Below, piece after piece: positions 16,462 through 25,842 of a DNA stretch of 64,000 bases. A program made the translations under genes and the position numbers. The notes beneath the pieces were generated by a model. It did no database searches. It was not told the DNA's origin and saw only the letters and a list, made by a program, of their open reading frames with translations. Location of the stretch: assembly GCA_017503285.1 (NCBI GenBank), contig JAFVTH010000022.1, positions 4,749 to 68,748 on the forward strand. The letters are read 5' to 3'. This DNA comes from Clostridia bacterium (GTDB taxonomy: Bacteria; Bacillota; Clostridia; Oscillospirales; CAG-272). Numbering within the stretch: position 1 is the stretch's first letter; each line of letters starts with the position of its first letter.

Positions 16462-17118
16462 ATGAAAACTAAATCCTTTTTGATAATCGGCTTAGGCCGC
16501 TTTGGTAAGCATCTTGCACACCGTTTAATTGATATGGGGCATGATGTTATGATCGTTGACAAGGACCCGGCTATTGTTGATACATTAATTGATATTTGTC
16601 CCGACGCAAGCATTGGAGATTGCACCAATGAAAGCGTTTTGAAAAGTCTTGACGTTGGCGCATTTGATGTTTGCTTCGTTACCATCGGCGAGGACTTTGA
16701 ATCATCGCTAATTATTACAACATATCTGAAAAAGTACGGTGCTAAATGCGTTGTTGCAAAGGCAAATCAAACTATACAGGCAGATTTGCTTAAGCGAATA
16801 GGTGCAGACGAAATTCTTTTCCCGGAAAAAGAAATGGCTGATAAAATTGCCGTAAGATACGATTCCGGAAATATCTTTGACTATATTCCTCTTACCGGAG
16901 AATATTCAATTTACGAATTGGCTATTTTGAAGGATTGGATCGGCAAAACTATTATTGAGGTTAATGTAAGAAAAAATTATCAACTAAATATAATAGCAAT
17001 AAAGACAGGCACTTCTCTAAATCCTGTGCCCGGCGCTGATTATGTTTTCACAAAGGACGACCACATAGTTGTAATAGGAAAGCTTGCGGATGTAGCAAAA
17101 ATCACTTCAAAGCAGTAA
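16462..17118 (+). CDS. ktrA: KtrA/TrkA-type RCK regulatory subunit
   Basis: 218 aa; IIGLGRFGKHLA Rossmann motif plus an RCK_C region. Confidence 0.85.
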   Translation: MKTKSFLIIGLGRFGKHLAHRLIDMGHDVMIVDKDPAIVDTLIDICPDASIGDCTNESVLKSLDVGAFDVCFVTIGEDFESSLIITTYLKKYGAKCVVAKANQTIQADLLKRIGADEILFPEKEMADKIAVRYDSGNIFDYIPLTGEYSIYELAILKDWIGKTIIEVNVRKNYQLNIIAIKTGTSLNPVPGADYVFTKDDHIVVIGKLADVAKITSKQ

Positions 17119-17122
17119 AAAA

Positions 17123-17149
17123 AGAGGCTTCAAAATGAAGCCTCTTTTT
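17123..17149. terminator. Bidirectional terminator between ktrA and gap
   Basis: AGAGGCTTC-aaaat-GAAGCCTCT flanked by an A-run and a T-run. Confidence 0.8.
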
Positions 17150-17159
17150 GTTTGTTTAA

Positions 17160-18173
17160 TTAGATCTCAGCGAAGTACTTAATTGTACGAACCATCTGGC
17201 TTGTGTAGCTGTTCTCGTTATCGTACCAAGAAACAACCTGTACCTGATATGTGTCGTCATCAATCTTAGCTACCATTGTCTGTGTAGCATCGAAGAGTGA
17301 ACCATAGCTCATACCGATGATATCAGAAGAAACGATTTCATCTGTGTTGTAACCGTAGGAAGCAGAAGCTGCTGCCTTCATAGCTGCGTTGATGGAATCC
17401 TTTGTTACATCTGTACCCTTAACAACTGCAACGAGAAGTGTTGTAGAACCTGTGCAGGTTGGAACTCTCTGTGCAGAGCCGATAAGCTTACCGTTAAGCT
17501 CAGGAATTACAAGACCGATAGCCTTTGCAGCGCCTGTGGAGTTAGGAACGATGTTCTGAGCGCCTGCTCTTGCTCTTCTAAGGTCACCCTTTCTGTGAGG
17601 ACCGTCAAGGATCATTTGGTCGCCTGTGTAAGCATGAACAGTTGTCATGATACCGCTCTGGATTGGGTATGTGTCGTTAAGAGCCTTAGCCATTGGTGCA
17701 AGGCAGTTTGTTGTGCAGGATGCAGCAGAGATAATCTGGTCATCTGCAGTAAGTGTATTTTCGTTAACGCCGAATACGATTGTCTTAAGGTCATTACCAG
17801 CCGGAGCAGAGATAACTACCTTCTTTGCGCCTGCGTTGATGTGAGCCATTGACTTTTCCTTGGAGCAGTAGAAGCCTGTGCACTCGAGAACTACGTCAAC
17901 ACCAAGCTCACCCCATGGGCAGTTTGCAGCGTCCTTTTCTGCATAAATCTTAATTGTCTTACCGTCTACTGTGATGCTGTCCTCTGTGTTGGAAACAGTA
18001 TCAGCAAGAGCGTACTTACCCTGTGCTGTGTCATACTTAAGAAGATGAGCAAGCATCTTTGGGCTGGTAAGATCGTTGATAGCTACGATTTCGTAACCTT
18101 CTGCGCCGAACATCTGTCTGAATGCAAGACGTCCGATACGGCCAAAGCCGTTAATTGCAACTTTAACTGACAT
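17160..18173 (-). CDS. gap: Glyceraldehyde-3-phosphate dehydrogenase, type I
   Basis: 337 aa with INGFGRIGR and SCTTNCLAP active-site motifs. RBS GGAGG. Confidence 0.95.
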   Translation of the reverse strand: MSVKVAINGFGRIGRLAFRQMFGAEGYEIVAINDLTSPKMLAHLLKYDTAQGKYALADTVSNTEDSITVDGKTIKIYAEKDAANCPWGELGVDVVLECTGFYCSKEKSMAHINAGAKKVVISAPAGNDLKTIVFGVNENTLTADDQIISAASCTTNCLAPMAKALNDTYPIQSGIMTTVHAYTGDQMILDGPHRKGDLRRARAGAQNIVPNSTGAAKAIGLVIPELNGKLIGSAQRVPTCTGSTTLLVAVVKGTDVTKDSINAAMKAAASASYGYNTDEIVSSDIIGMSYGSLFDATQTMVAKIDDDTYQVQVVSWYDNENSYTSQMVRTIKYFAEI

Positions 18174-18346
18174 TTTGAAATTCCTCCGAATTTTTATAAT
18201 TGTGTAGCTTATACTACCATTTACATATTTTATACTATTTTTTGGAAATATACAAGTACTTTTTTAAATTTTGTAACTTTTTTGCTTTTCTTTAGAAAAA
18301 ATTTCCGGTTTTTATGCAATTTTCATAAAATTACTTTTATTTAGGT

Positions 18347-18375
18347 TTGACATCTTGAATTTTCTTTGTTATACT
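18347..18375 (+). promoter_or_regulatory. SigmaA-type promoter of holB
   Basis: TTGACA-17 nt-TATACT. Confidence 0.6.
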
Positions 18376-18414
18376 ATATTGTGGTATTAAATTTTTGAAA
18401 GGTGTGTGTGCTTA

Positions 18415-19386
18415 ATGGAGCTTTTTAAGGGTCTTATCGGCAATGAGGATATTAAAAATACCCTTGGCGTGGCTATTAAAAATCGCGAATTTCTGCATGC
18501 ATACATTATCGAGGGTCCCTTTGGCACGGGCAAGCATACTATTGCAAGGCTTGCTGCTGCATCTATTATGTGTAAGGGCATTGGCGATGTGCCCTGCGGC
18601 AAATGCAACAGCTGTGAAAAAATATTAAACGACAACTGTGCTGATGTTAGATTTTTTGATGCGTTTAAGGTTGACGAGGTTAGGAAAATCAAGGAAACGC
18701 TATACGAAAGCGCTACTGAGTGTGAGTACAAGGTTTACATTTTGAACGATGCCCACAAGATGGGTATCAAGGCGCAAAATGCTCTCCTTATTTCACTTGA
18801 GGAGCCACCTAAGAATGTTGTTTTCTTTCTCCTTTGCGAAAGTGCCTCTTCACTGCTTGAAACCATACGCTCAAGGGCGCAAATTCTAAGGACCAAGCCA
18901 CTTGATGACGATACAATTTTTCAGTACATAAAGGAAAACTGCAAAACCTCTCTTTCTGATGAAAGGCTTAAGGAAATTATTGTTTCCTCCGGTGGGTCTT
19001 TAGGCTATGCTCTTAACATGCTTGATGAAAAAAGCGCAGAGCTGCTTATCAAGGAGCGTGAAAGGGCAAGGGAGCTTTGTGTTTCTCTCCTAAAGGCTGA
19101 CTCTGATTCTCTTTCCTTCATTACCTCTCTTTTCTCTATGAACAGGGAAAAGCTAAAGGAGCTGCTTAGCACCTGTCTTACCGTACTACGCGACCTTGCT
19201 GTCTTGAAAAGACAGAAGGATGTACCACTTTGCTTTTTCTCCTCAAGAGATGAGGCGTTACAGCTAAGCACCGGCTTCCATCTGAAAAAGCTACTTGAGC
19301 TTTATGATTCTATTTCAAGGGCGATAGATGACCTTAACACAAATGCGTCTGTTTCTAACACCCTAATTTCTATTTTGACAAAATGA
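18415..19386 (+). CDS. holB: DNA polymerase III delta' subunit
   Basis: GPFGTGKHT P-loop-like motif and CGKCNSC zinc module, with synteny to yaaT. GTG 18406 is an alternative start. Confidence 0.8.
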   Translation: MELFKGLIGNEDIKNTLGVAIKNREFLHAYIIEGPFGTGKHTIARLAAASIMCKGIGDVPCGKCNSCEKILNDNCADVRFFDAFKVDEVRKIKETLYESATECEYKVYILNDAHKMGIKAQNALLISLEEPPKNVVFFLLCESASSLLETIRSRAQILRTKPLDDDTIFQYIKENCKTSLSDERLKEIIVSSGGSLGYALNMLDEKSAELLIKERERARELCVSLLKADSDSLSFITSLFSMNREKLKELLSTCLTVLRDLAVLKRQKDVPLCFFSSRDEALQLSTGFHLKKLLELYDSISRAIDDLNTNASVSNTLISILTK

Positions 19387-19399
19387 AAGGCAGTTTAAT

Positions 19400-20275
19400 A
19401 TGGCTGATATAACAAATAATGAAAATAAGCAGGTAGAGGTTATTGGCATCCGTTTCAAGGATGGCGGAAAAACCTACTACTTTACTCCAAATAACAATGT
19501 GGCTAAGGCAAGTGACTACTGCGTTGTTGAAACTGCAAGAGGTCTTGAGTTTGGCAAGGTTGCCTGCCCTAACAAGATGGTTGATGAAAGCGAGATTGTG
19601 CCTCCTCTCCGTCCTGTTGTCAGAGTTGCAACACCTAAGGATATAAAAACTAACGAGGAAAACAAGAAAAAGGAAGCTGAGGCTTTACGAGTTTGTCAGG
19701 GTAAGATTGCAGCACACGGGCTTGAGATGAAGCTTATCGAGGCTGAATATACCTTTGATGCGTCCAAGCTGACCTTTTACTTTACTGCTGATGGCAGAAT
19801 TGACTTCCGTGAGCTTGTAAAGGACCTTGCCTCCACCTTTAAGACAAGAATTGAGCTTAGACAAATTGGTATTCGTGATGAGGCAAAGTTTATGGGTGGT
19901 CTTGGTATTTGCGGCCGTCCCTTCTGCTGCAGCACGTTTCTCCCGGACTTTTGTCAGGTTTCTATCAAGATGGCTAAGGAGCAAAGCCTTTCTCTTAACT
20001 CATCTAAAATTTCCGGTGCTTGCGGTAGGCTTATGTGCTGTCTGCGCTTCGAGCACGATACATATGTACAGGAAATTAAGAACACCCCACCTGTTGATGC
20101 TACTGTAAGAACTGCTGACGGTGTTGGCGAGGTTACCGAGATTAATCCTTTGCAGGGTACAATCAAGGTAAAGATTAATGAAAGCATACGCACCTATAAG
20201 CGTGAGGATGTAAAAATCCTTTCTATGCCAAAGAAGAAATCAAGTGACGACAAGGATGACGGAGGTGAGGAATAA
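19400..20275 (+). CDS. ricT: PSP1-domain protein YaaT/RicT
   Basis: 291 aa; conserved CGRPFCCSTFL and CGRLMCCLRFE Fe-S cysteine motifs; lies next to holB as in Bacillus. Confidence 0.85.
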   Translation: MADITNNENKQVEVIGIRFKDGGKTYYFTPNNNVAKASDYCVVETARGLEFGKVACPNKMVDESEIVPPLRPVVRVATPKDIKTNEENKKKEAEALRVCQGKIAAHGLEMKLIEAEYTFDASKLTFYFTADGRIDFRELVKDLASTFKTRIELRQIGIRDEAKFMGGLGICGRPFCCSTFLPDFCQVSIKMAKEQSLSLNSSKISGACGRLMCCLRFEHDTYVQEIKNTPPVDATVRTADGVGEVTEINPLQGTIKVKINESIRTYKREDVKILSMPKKKSSDDKDDGGEE

Positions 20276-20276
20276 G

Positions 20277-20447
20277 ATGTTTAAGGTTATCGAAGAGAGC
20301 TGTATCGGCTGCGGCGCTTGCTTTAGCAGCTGTCCTGTTGGGGCTATTAAAATTGATGACAAGGCTATAATTGACAAGGATAGTTGCATAGGCTGTGCCT
20401 CGTGTGCTGTTAACTGTCCTGTTGATGCGATTGTTATGGAGCATTAA
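20277..20447 (+). CDS. 2x[4Fe-4S] ferredoxin (56 aa)
   Basis: MFKVIEESCIGCGACFSSCPVGAI...CIGCASCAVNCPVDAI, two CxxCxxCxxxCP motifs. ATG 20277 follows GGAGGTGAGG. Confidence 0.85.
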   Translation: MFKVIEESCIGCGACFSSCPVGAIKIDDKAIIDKDSCIGCASCAVNCPVDAIVMEH

Positions 20448-20530
20448 TTATCACTTTTTTGTGGTATTTACTTGACAAATATATTTTTTGTGATAAAATT
20501 AAGTTATACTAAATATACGGAGGTATCATC

Positions 20531-20701
20531 ATGGCTTATAAGATTACTGACGATTGCATTTCTTGTGGCGCTTGTGCTGACGCATGTCCTTGCGGCTGCA
20601 TCACAGAGGGTGACGGCAAGTATGTTATCAATGCTGACGAATGCATTTCTTGTGGCGCATGTGCAGGCTCTTGCCCTGTTTCTGCTCCTGTTGAGGAATA
20701 A
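20531..20701 (+). CDS. Clostridial-type 2x[4Fe-4S] ferredoxin (56 aa); not in the ORF track
   Basis: My translation: MAYKITDDCISCGACADACPCGCITEGDGKYVINADECISCGACAGSCPVSAPVEE. RBS ACGGAGG. It replaces the out-of-frame 86-aa track ORF 20472..20732. Confidence 0.85.
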   Translation: MAYKITDDCISCGACADACPCGCITEGDGKYVINADECISCGACAGSCPVSAPVEE

Positions 20702-20807
20702 TTCAGAGATACTTAAAAAGACTGTTATCTAAATAGGTTGGAAAGCTACTTAGATATTACATAATACATATTATGGAAAGCCTTGAAAGAAGAGTATAAA
20801 ATAGGTT

Positions 20808-20846
20808 GAGACTTCTGCTTTTTTGAGCAAAAGTCTCTTCTTTTTT
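20808..20846 (+). terminator. Terminator after the ferredoxin genes
   Basis: Imperfect hairpin GAGACTT..AAGTCTC followed by a T-rich run. Confidence 0.6.
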
Positions 20847-20859
20847 CTAAGGAGATGCT

Positions 20860-21597
20860 ATGATTAAGGAAAATGAAAGAATAAACGAGATAAACGAAAA
20901 TCTTAAGCTCATTGAGAACAAGGACAGCCTTACCTTTGGCACAGATGCATATCTCCTTTCTGCTTATCTGCCAAAAAGAAGCCGTGCAAGAGGCGCAGAG
21001 CTTGGTGCAGGCAGCGGAGTTATATCTTTGCTTGCTTTAAGCAAGAAAAAGTGCCGACACGTGTACGGAATTGAGGTGCAGGAGGCTATTTCAGATATTG
21101 CTTATCGCAACGGAGTGCTTAATGGTCTTGATAAGGAATTTACAGTTATAGGTAAGGACCTACGTGAGGTTAGCACCATTGACACAGAGGGCGAGGTTGA
21201 TTTTGTTTTTTCAAATCCACCTTATATGAAGGACGACAGCGGCAAGCTAAACGAAAATCAATGCAAGCGCATTTCAAGACACGAAATGCTTGGTGATATT
21301 GGCGACTTTTGTGCTTGTGCAAAAAGACTGCTTAAGCAGGGTGGCGACTTTTATGTAGTATATAGACCCGACAGGCTTTCCGACTTGATTTTTGCATTAA
21401 AAAACAATAAATTTGAGCCAAAAAGGCTCACCTTTATACATTCAAGCACAGACACTCCCCCCTCGCTTTTATTAATTCAAGCCAAGCTAGGCGCAAAAAG
21501 CGGAATGGTGATAGACAAGCCTGTTTACATTTACAAGAATGGCACACAGGAATACACGAAAGAGTTTGAAAACATATACAGAAGCTGTAGTTTTTAG
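20860..21597 (+). CDS. tRNA1(Val) (adenine37-N6)-methyltransferase-like SAM methyltransferase (YabB/TrmN6 family)
   Basis: 245 aa with ELGAGSG SAM motif and FSNPPYM catalytic motif. It occupies the yabB position of the conserved Firmicute cluster. Confidence 0.75.
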   Translation: MIKENERINEINENLKLIENKDSLTFGTDAYLLSAYLPKRSRARGAELGAGSGVISLLALSKKKCRHVYGIEVQEAISDIAYRNGVLNGLDKEFTVIGKDLREVSTIDTEGEVDFVFSNPPYMKDDSGKLNENQCKRISRHEMLGDIGDFCACAKRLLKQGGDFYVVYRPDRLSDLIFALKNNKFEPKRLTFIHSSTDTPPSLLLIQAKLGAKSGMVIDKPVYIYKNGTQEYTKEFENIYRSCSF

Positions 21598-21634
21598 CAA
21601 CAAAATATTCCAACTGAATTGCTAGGAGAATAAT

Positions 21635-22516
21635 ATGCGTAGCTCAGGAAACAGAAACGCCTCACACGAGGATAAAAATCAAATAATCGGCGGCACCCTA
21701 TATTTAGTTGCCACACCCATTGGAAATCTGTCCGATATTTCGGAAAGAGCCCTTAAGGTGCTTTCAGAGGTGGACTTTGTTGCCGCAGAGGACACAAGAA
21801 ACTCCGGAAAGCTGCTTAGCTACTTTGGTATTTCCAAGCCTATGGTTAGCTACTTTGAGCATAACAAGAGAGAGCGTGGGCTTGTTATTTTAGAAAGGCT
21901 TAAGGCGGGAGAGAGCTGTGCCTTGGTAACTGATGCGGGCACTCCTGCCATTTCCGACCCGGGCGAGGATTTGGTAGTTTTATGTAGTGAAAACGGTGTG
22001 CCGGTAACCTCAATCCCAGGCTGCTCAGCCGTTGTAAATGCTCTTGCGTTATCAGCACTACCGACGGGTAGATTTTGCTTTGAGGGCTTTTTAAGCACCA
22101 ACAAAAACGAGCGTTATGAAAGGCTTAACGAAATTAAGAACGACACACGCACAACCATCTTTTATGAAGCACCACACAAGCTAATTAAGACCCTTGAGGA
22201 CCTACTAAGTGTCTTTGGCGACAGAAAAATTACTCTTTGCAGGGAGCTTACCAAGCTAAACGAGGAGATTTTAAGAACCACCATTTCCGGCGCACTAAGG
22301 CACTACGAGGAAATAAGCCCACGCGGTGAGTATGTTTTGGTTGTTGAGGGCTGCACGACGCCAGCCGGGGAAAACGCATTTTGGAGCGACATGTCCATTG
22401 ACGACCATGTGGAATACTATATTTCCCGGGGAATAAAAAAGATGGACGCAATTAAGGCTGTTGCCAAGGACAGAGGCGTTTCAAAAAGTGAAATTTATAA
22501 AATAATTAATACTTAA
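21635..22516 (+). CDS. rsmI: 16S rRNA (cytidine1402-2'-O)-methyltransferase
   Basis: GTLYLVATPIGNLSDISERAL..VAAEDTR and TDAGTPAISDPG motifs. Confidence 0.9.
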   Translation: MRSSGNRNASHEDKNQIIGGTLYLVATPIGNLSDISERALKVLSEVDFVAAEDTRNSGKLLSYFGISKPMVSYFEHNKRERGLVILERLKAGESCALVTDAGTPAISDPGEDLVVLCSENGVPVTSIPGCSAVVNALALSALPTGRFCFEGFLSTNKNERYERLNEIKNDTRTTIFYEAPHKLIKTLEDLLSVFGDRKITLCRELTKLNEEILRTTISGALRHYEEISPRGEYVLVVEGCTTPAGENAFWSDMSIDDHVEYYISRGIKKMDAIKAVAKDRGVSKSEIYKIINT

Positions 22517-22519
22517 AAG

Positions 22520-22541
22520 GCGAGCTCTGGCTCGCTTTTTT
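22520..22541 (+). terminator. Terminator after rsmI
   Basis: GCGAGC-tctg-GCTCGC plus T6. Confidence 0.8.
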
Positions 22542-22667
22542 ATTCTCCTCTCTGCTCTTTTACAAAATTTGTCGAATTTTTGTTTGGGAAAATACCCCAA
22601 ATTACTTGATATATTTATTTTTTTTGTTATAATATATTTTGAGATATTTTAATAAGGAGGCGCTATA

Positions 22668-23834
22668 ATGAAGCATCGTGTAGCATTTGTTGACGGCTTG
22701 GTTTTTGATTCAACCACCGAAAGCTTTCAAAAAGTAAATATTTTTTGTGAGGACGGCTATATTGTTGATATGTGTCAGGACACAACAAGGGATGGATATA
22801 CTGTAATTTCTCTTGATGGCAAGCACATAATCCCCGGTCTTGTTGATGTGCATACCCACGGCATTTGTGGAAACGACTTTAACCTTGCAAATGAACAGCA
22901 GGTTGAAGAAATGTGCAAATCCTATGCAAGGCACGGCACAACCTCTGTTATGGCAACCCTTGCCTCTGCCGGCTTTTCCAAGCTTATGAATTCAATTTTT
23001 GCAATTAATCCTAACAGGCTTTCAAGCAAGGCAGGATATGCAAACCTTATCGGTATTCATATGGAAGGCAGATACTTAAATCCCACAAAAAAGGGTGCTC
23101 ACAATCCGGAATATTTGGCTCTGCCTAATCTTGAGGAGCTTGACACCCTTGCGCAGGCTATGATGCCCGCTCCGTTACACTTCTCTATAGCTCCCGAGCT
23201 TGAGGGTGGCGAGGCATTTATAAAAAAGGCTAAGGAATATGGCGCAACCATTGGCGTTGCACATACAAACGCAACCTATGAGGAAGCTATGATGGCGCTT
23301 TCCTGGGGTGCTACTGCTTTTACACACACCTTTAACGCTATGACATCAATACACCATCGAATGCCGGGTGCGACCACCTGTGCTTTAACTACTGATTCTG
23401 CTTATGCAGAGGTTATTTGCGACGGCTTGCACTTACATCCTGCCATCGTAAGATTAATTTACAAGGCAAAGCCTACTGACAAGCTTGTGCTTATTACCGA
23501 TTCCTTGGCTGCTGCCGGTGCCAAAGATGGCGAATACGATCTTGCCGGCACAGGTGTTATTGTTAAAAACGGCTGTGCAATGGATAAAAACGGTACGCTT
23601 GCCGGCAGTACATTAACAATGTTTAAGGCTCTTAAGAACTTTATGAGCTTTTGCGGCTTGCCACTTAACAAGGCTATTCGCTTTGCTACAATAAATCCTG
23701 CAAGCATGGTTGGTGCTTTGTTTGTAGGTAAGCTTGAAAAATGCTATCGCGCTGACTTTATTGTGCTTACTGATGTAAGCAACCCGGAAATTGATGAGGT
23801 TTATGTCGGCGGAAGGAAGGTTGAAAATGAATAA
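22668..23834 (+). CDS. nagA: N-acetylglucosamine-6-phosphate deacetylase
   Basis: 388 aa with DVHTHG, HMEGRYLNP and THTFNAM motifs. Confidence 0.85.
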   Translation: MKHRVAFVDGLVFDSTTESFQKVNIFCEDGYIVDMCQDTTRDGYTVISLDGKHIIPGLVDVHTHGICGNDFNLANEQQVEEMCKSYARHGTTSVMATLASAGFSKLMNSIFAINPNRLSSKAGYANLIGIHMEGRYLNPTKKGAHNPEYLALPNLEELDTLAQAMMPAPLHFSIAPELEGGEAFIKKAKEYGATIGVAHTNATYEEAMMALSWGATAFTHTFNAMTSIHHRMPGATTCALTTDSAYAEVICDGLHLHPAIVRLIYKAKPTDKLVLITDSLAAAGAKDGEYDLAGTGVIVKNGCAMDKNGTLAGSTLTMFKALKNFMSFCGLPLNKAIRFATINPASMVGALFVGKLEKCYRADFIVLTDVSNPEIDEVYVGGRKVENE

Positions 23835-25764
23835 GGAAAAATTTTATATAACTACTGCTATTGCATATGCATCAGGCAAGCCACACTTTGGTAATACCTA
23901 TGAGGCTATTGCTACCGATGCTATTGCAAGATACAAAAGACAAAGAGGCTTTGATGTACGCTTTATGACCGGTACTGACGAGCATGGACAAAAGATTCAA
24001 GACAAGGCAAAGGCAGCCGGTGTTACACCACAGGAGTTTGTTGACGGTGTTGCCGGCGAGATTAAGGACCTTTGGAATCTTATGGACACCTCTTATGACT
24101 ATTTCATAAGAACTACTGACTCTTATCATAAAACCGCTGTTGAGCATATCTTCAAAAAGCTTTATGACCAGGGCGATATTTATAAGGGCTACTATGAGGG
24201 TCTTTACTGCACTCCTTGCGAGTCCTTCTTTACAGAGACACAGCTTGTTGACGGCAAATGCCCGGACTGTGGCCGTGAGGTAACAAAGACTAAGGAGGAG
24301 GCTTACTTCTTCAAGATGAGCAAATATGCTGACAGGCTTATGGAGCATATTGAGTCCCATCCGGAGTTTATCCAGCCAGAGTCAAGAAAAAAGGAAATGA
24401 TAAACAATTTCCTAAAGCCGGGTCTTCAGGACCTTTGCGTTTCTCGTACCTCCTTTAACTGGGGTGTGCCTGTTTCCTTTGACCCTAAGCACGTTACCTA
24501 CGTTTGGATTGACGCTCTTTCTAACTACATTACAGGTCTTGGCTACGACCCGGACAATGAGGTACAGCCGGAGCTTTTCCAAAAATACTGGCCCTGTGAT
24601 GTACATGTTATTGGTAAGGATATTGTCCGCTTCCATACTATTTACTGGCCAATTATGCTAATGGCACTTGGTGTGGAGCTTCCTAAGAAGGTGTTTGGTC
24701 ACCCTTGGTTCAACTTTGGTATGGACAAGATGTCAAAATCTAAGGGTAATGTGGTTTATGCTGACGAGCTTGCAAAGCGCTTTGGCGTTGACGGTGTAAG
24801 ATACTACGCACTTTCCGAAATGCCTTACGCAAACGATGGCAGTATTACCTATGAGGCTGTTATTAATCGCTTTAATACTGACCTTGCAAACAATCTTGGC
24901 AACCTTGTTAGCCGTTCAATTGCAATGACTAAGAAGTATTTTGACGGTATTGTTCCTGTACCACAGGGTGATGAGGGCGTAGATAGCGAACTTAAGGCAA
25001 CCTGTAAAAAGGCAAAGGAAGACTTCTGCCAGCTTATGGACACATACCATATCAGCGAGGCTTGTGAGGCTGTATTTACAATGCTTAGCCGCGCAAACAA
25101 ATATATTGATGAAACTACACCTTGGGTGCTTGCTAAGGACGAGGCTAATAAGCCAAGGCTTGGCACTGTGCTTTACAATCTTTTAGAGACAATAAGAATC
25201 AGCGCTGTGCTTCTTAGCCCTATTATGCCTAAGACCTGCGAGGAAATCTTTAGACAGCTTAACACGGAATTTGCTTGCTACAAGTCCATTGAGGAATTTG
25301 GCAAGCTTGAGAGTGGCAAATCTCTTGGAGAGAGCAAGATTCTCTTTGCAAGAATTGACGAGCAAAAGATGCTTAGCGAGGTTGAGGCTGAAAGACAGGC
25401 AAAGCTTGAGGCTGAGAAGGCAAAGGAAAAGCCACAGGGCTGTGCTATTATTGGCATTGATAAGTTTATGGAGGTTGAGCTAAGAACAGCCGAGATAATA
25501 GAGTGCGAAAGAGTGCCAAAGGCAAAGAAGCTTCTTAAGCTTAAGGTTGACCTTGGATACGAAAAGCGCCAAATCGTTTCAGGCATTGCTAAGTTCTATG
25601 AGCCGGAGGCTCTTGTGGGAAAGAAGGTTGTTGTAGTTGCAAACCTTGCACCTGCTAAGCTTTGTGGCATTGAGAGCGAGGGCATGCTCCTTGCATCGGG
25701 CGAGGAAACTGTAAGGGTTATTTTCCTTGACAAGGACACTCCAAACGGCGAAAGAGTACACTGA
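23827..25764 (+). CDS. metG: Methionyl-tRNA synthetase with C-terminal tRNA-binding (Trbp111-like) domain
   Basis: 645 aa from ATG 23827. HIGH variant (KPHFGN), KMSKS and a CPDCG zinc knuckle. Overlaps the nagA stop by 8 nt. Confidence 0.95.
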   Translation: MNKEKFYITTAIAYASGKPHFGNTYEAIATDAIARYKRQRGFDVRFMTGTDEHGQKIQDKAKAAGVTPQEFVDGVAGEIKDLWNLMDTSYDYFIRTTDSYHKTAVEHIFKKLYDQGDIYKGYYEGLYCTPCESFFTETQLVDGKCPDCGREVTKTKEEAYFFKMSKYADRLMEHIESHPEFIQPESRKKEMINNFLKPGLQDLCVSRTSFNWGVPVSFDPKHVTYVWIDALSNYITGLGYDPDNEVQPELFQKYWPCDVHVIGKDIVRFHTIYWPIMLMALGVELPKKVFGHPWFNFGMDKMSKSKGNVVYADELAKRFGVDGVRYYALSEMPYANDGSITYEAVINRFNTDLANNLGNLVSRSIAMTKKYFDGIVPVPQGDEGVDSELKATCKKAKEDFCQLMDTYHISEACEAVFTMLSRANKYIDETTPWVLAKDEANKPRLGTVLYNLLETIRISAVLLSPIMPKTCEEIFRQLNTEFACYKSIEEFGKLESGKSLGESKILFARIDEQKMLSEVEAERQAKLEAEKAKEKPQGCAIIGIDKFMEVELRTAEIIECERVPKAKKLLKLKVDLGYEKRQIVSGIAKFYEPEALVGKKVVVVANLAPAKLCGIESEGMLLASGEETVRVIFLDKDTPNGERVH

Positions 25765-25766
25765 TA

Positions 25767-25796
25767 AATATGGGGACGCTTGCTCCCCATATTTTT
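25767..25796 (+). terminator. Terminator after metG
   Basis: AATATGGGGA-cgcttgc-TCCCCATATT plus a T-run. Confidence 0.8.
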
Positions 25797-25842
25797 GAAA
25801 ATCGACACAGGGTCGCATTTTTAGACCCAAAAGGAACATTAA

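Noticed and set aside
20472-20732. 86-aa ORF from the track.
   Set aside because: It is an out-of-frame overlap of a textbook 56-aa clostridial ferredoxin with a proper RBS (20531..20701).
20731-20807. 10-nt direct repeat AAATAGGTTG at 20731..20740 and 20798..20807, plus GGAAAGC twice, downstream of the ferredoxin genes.
   Set aside because: It is too short and AT-rich to distinguish from chance. It is not arrayed, there are no associated genes, and it lies just before a terminator.
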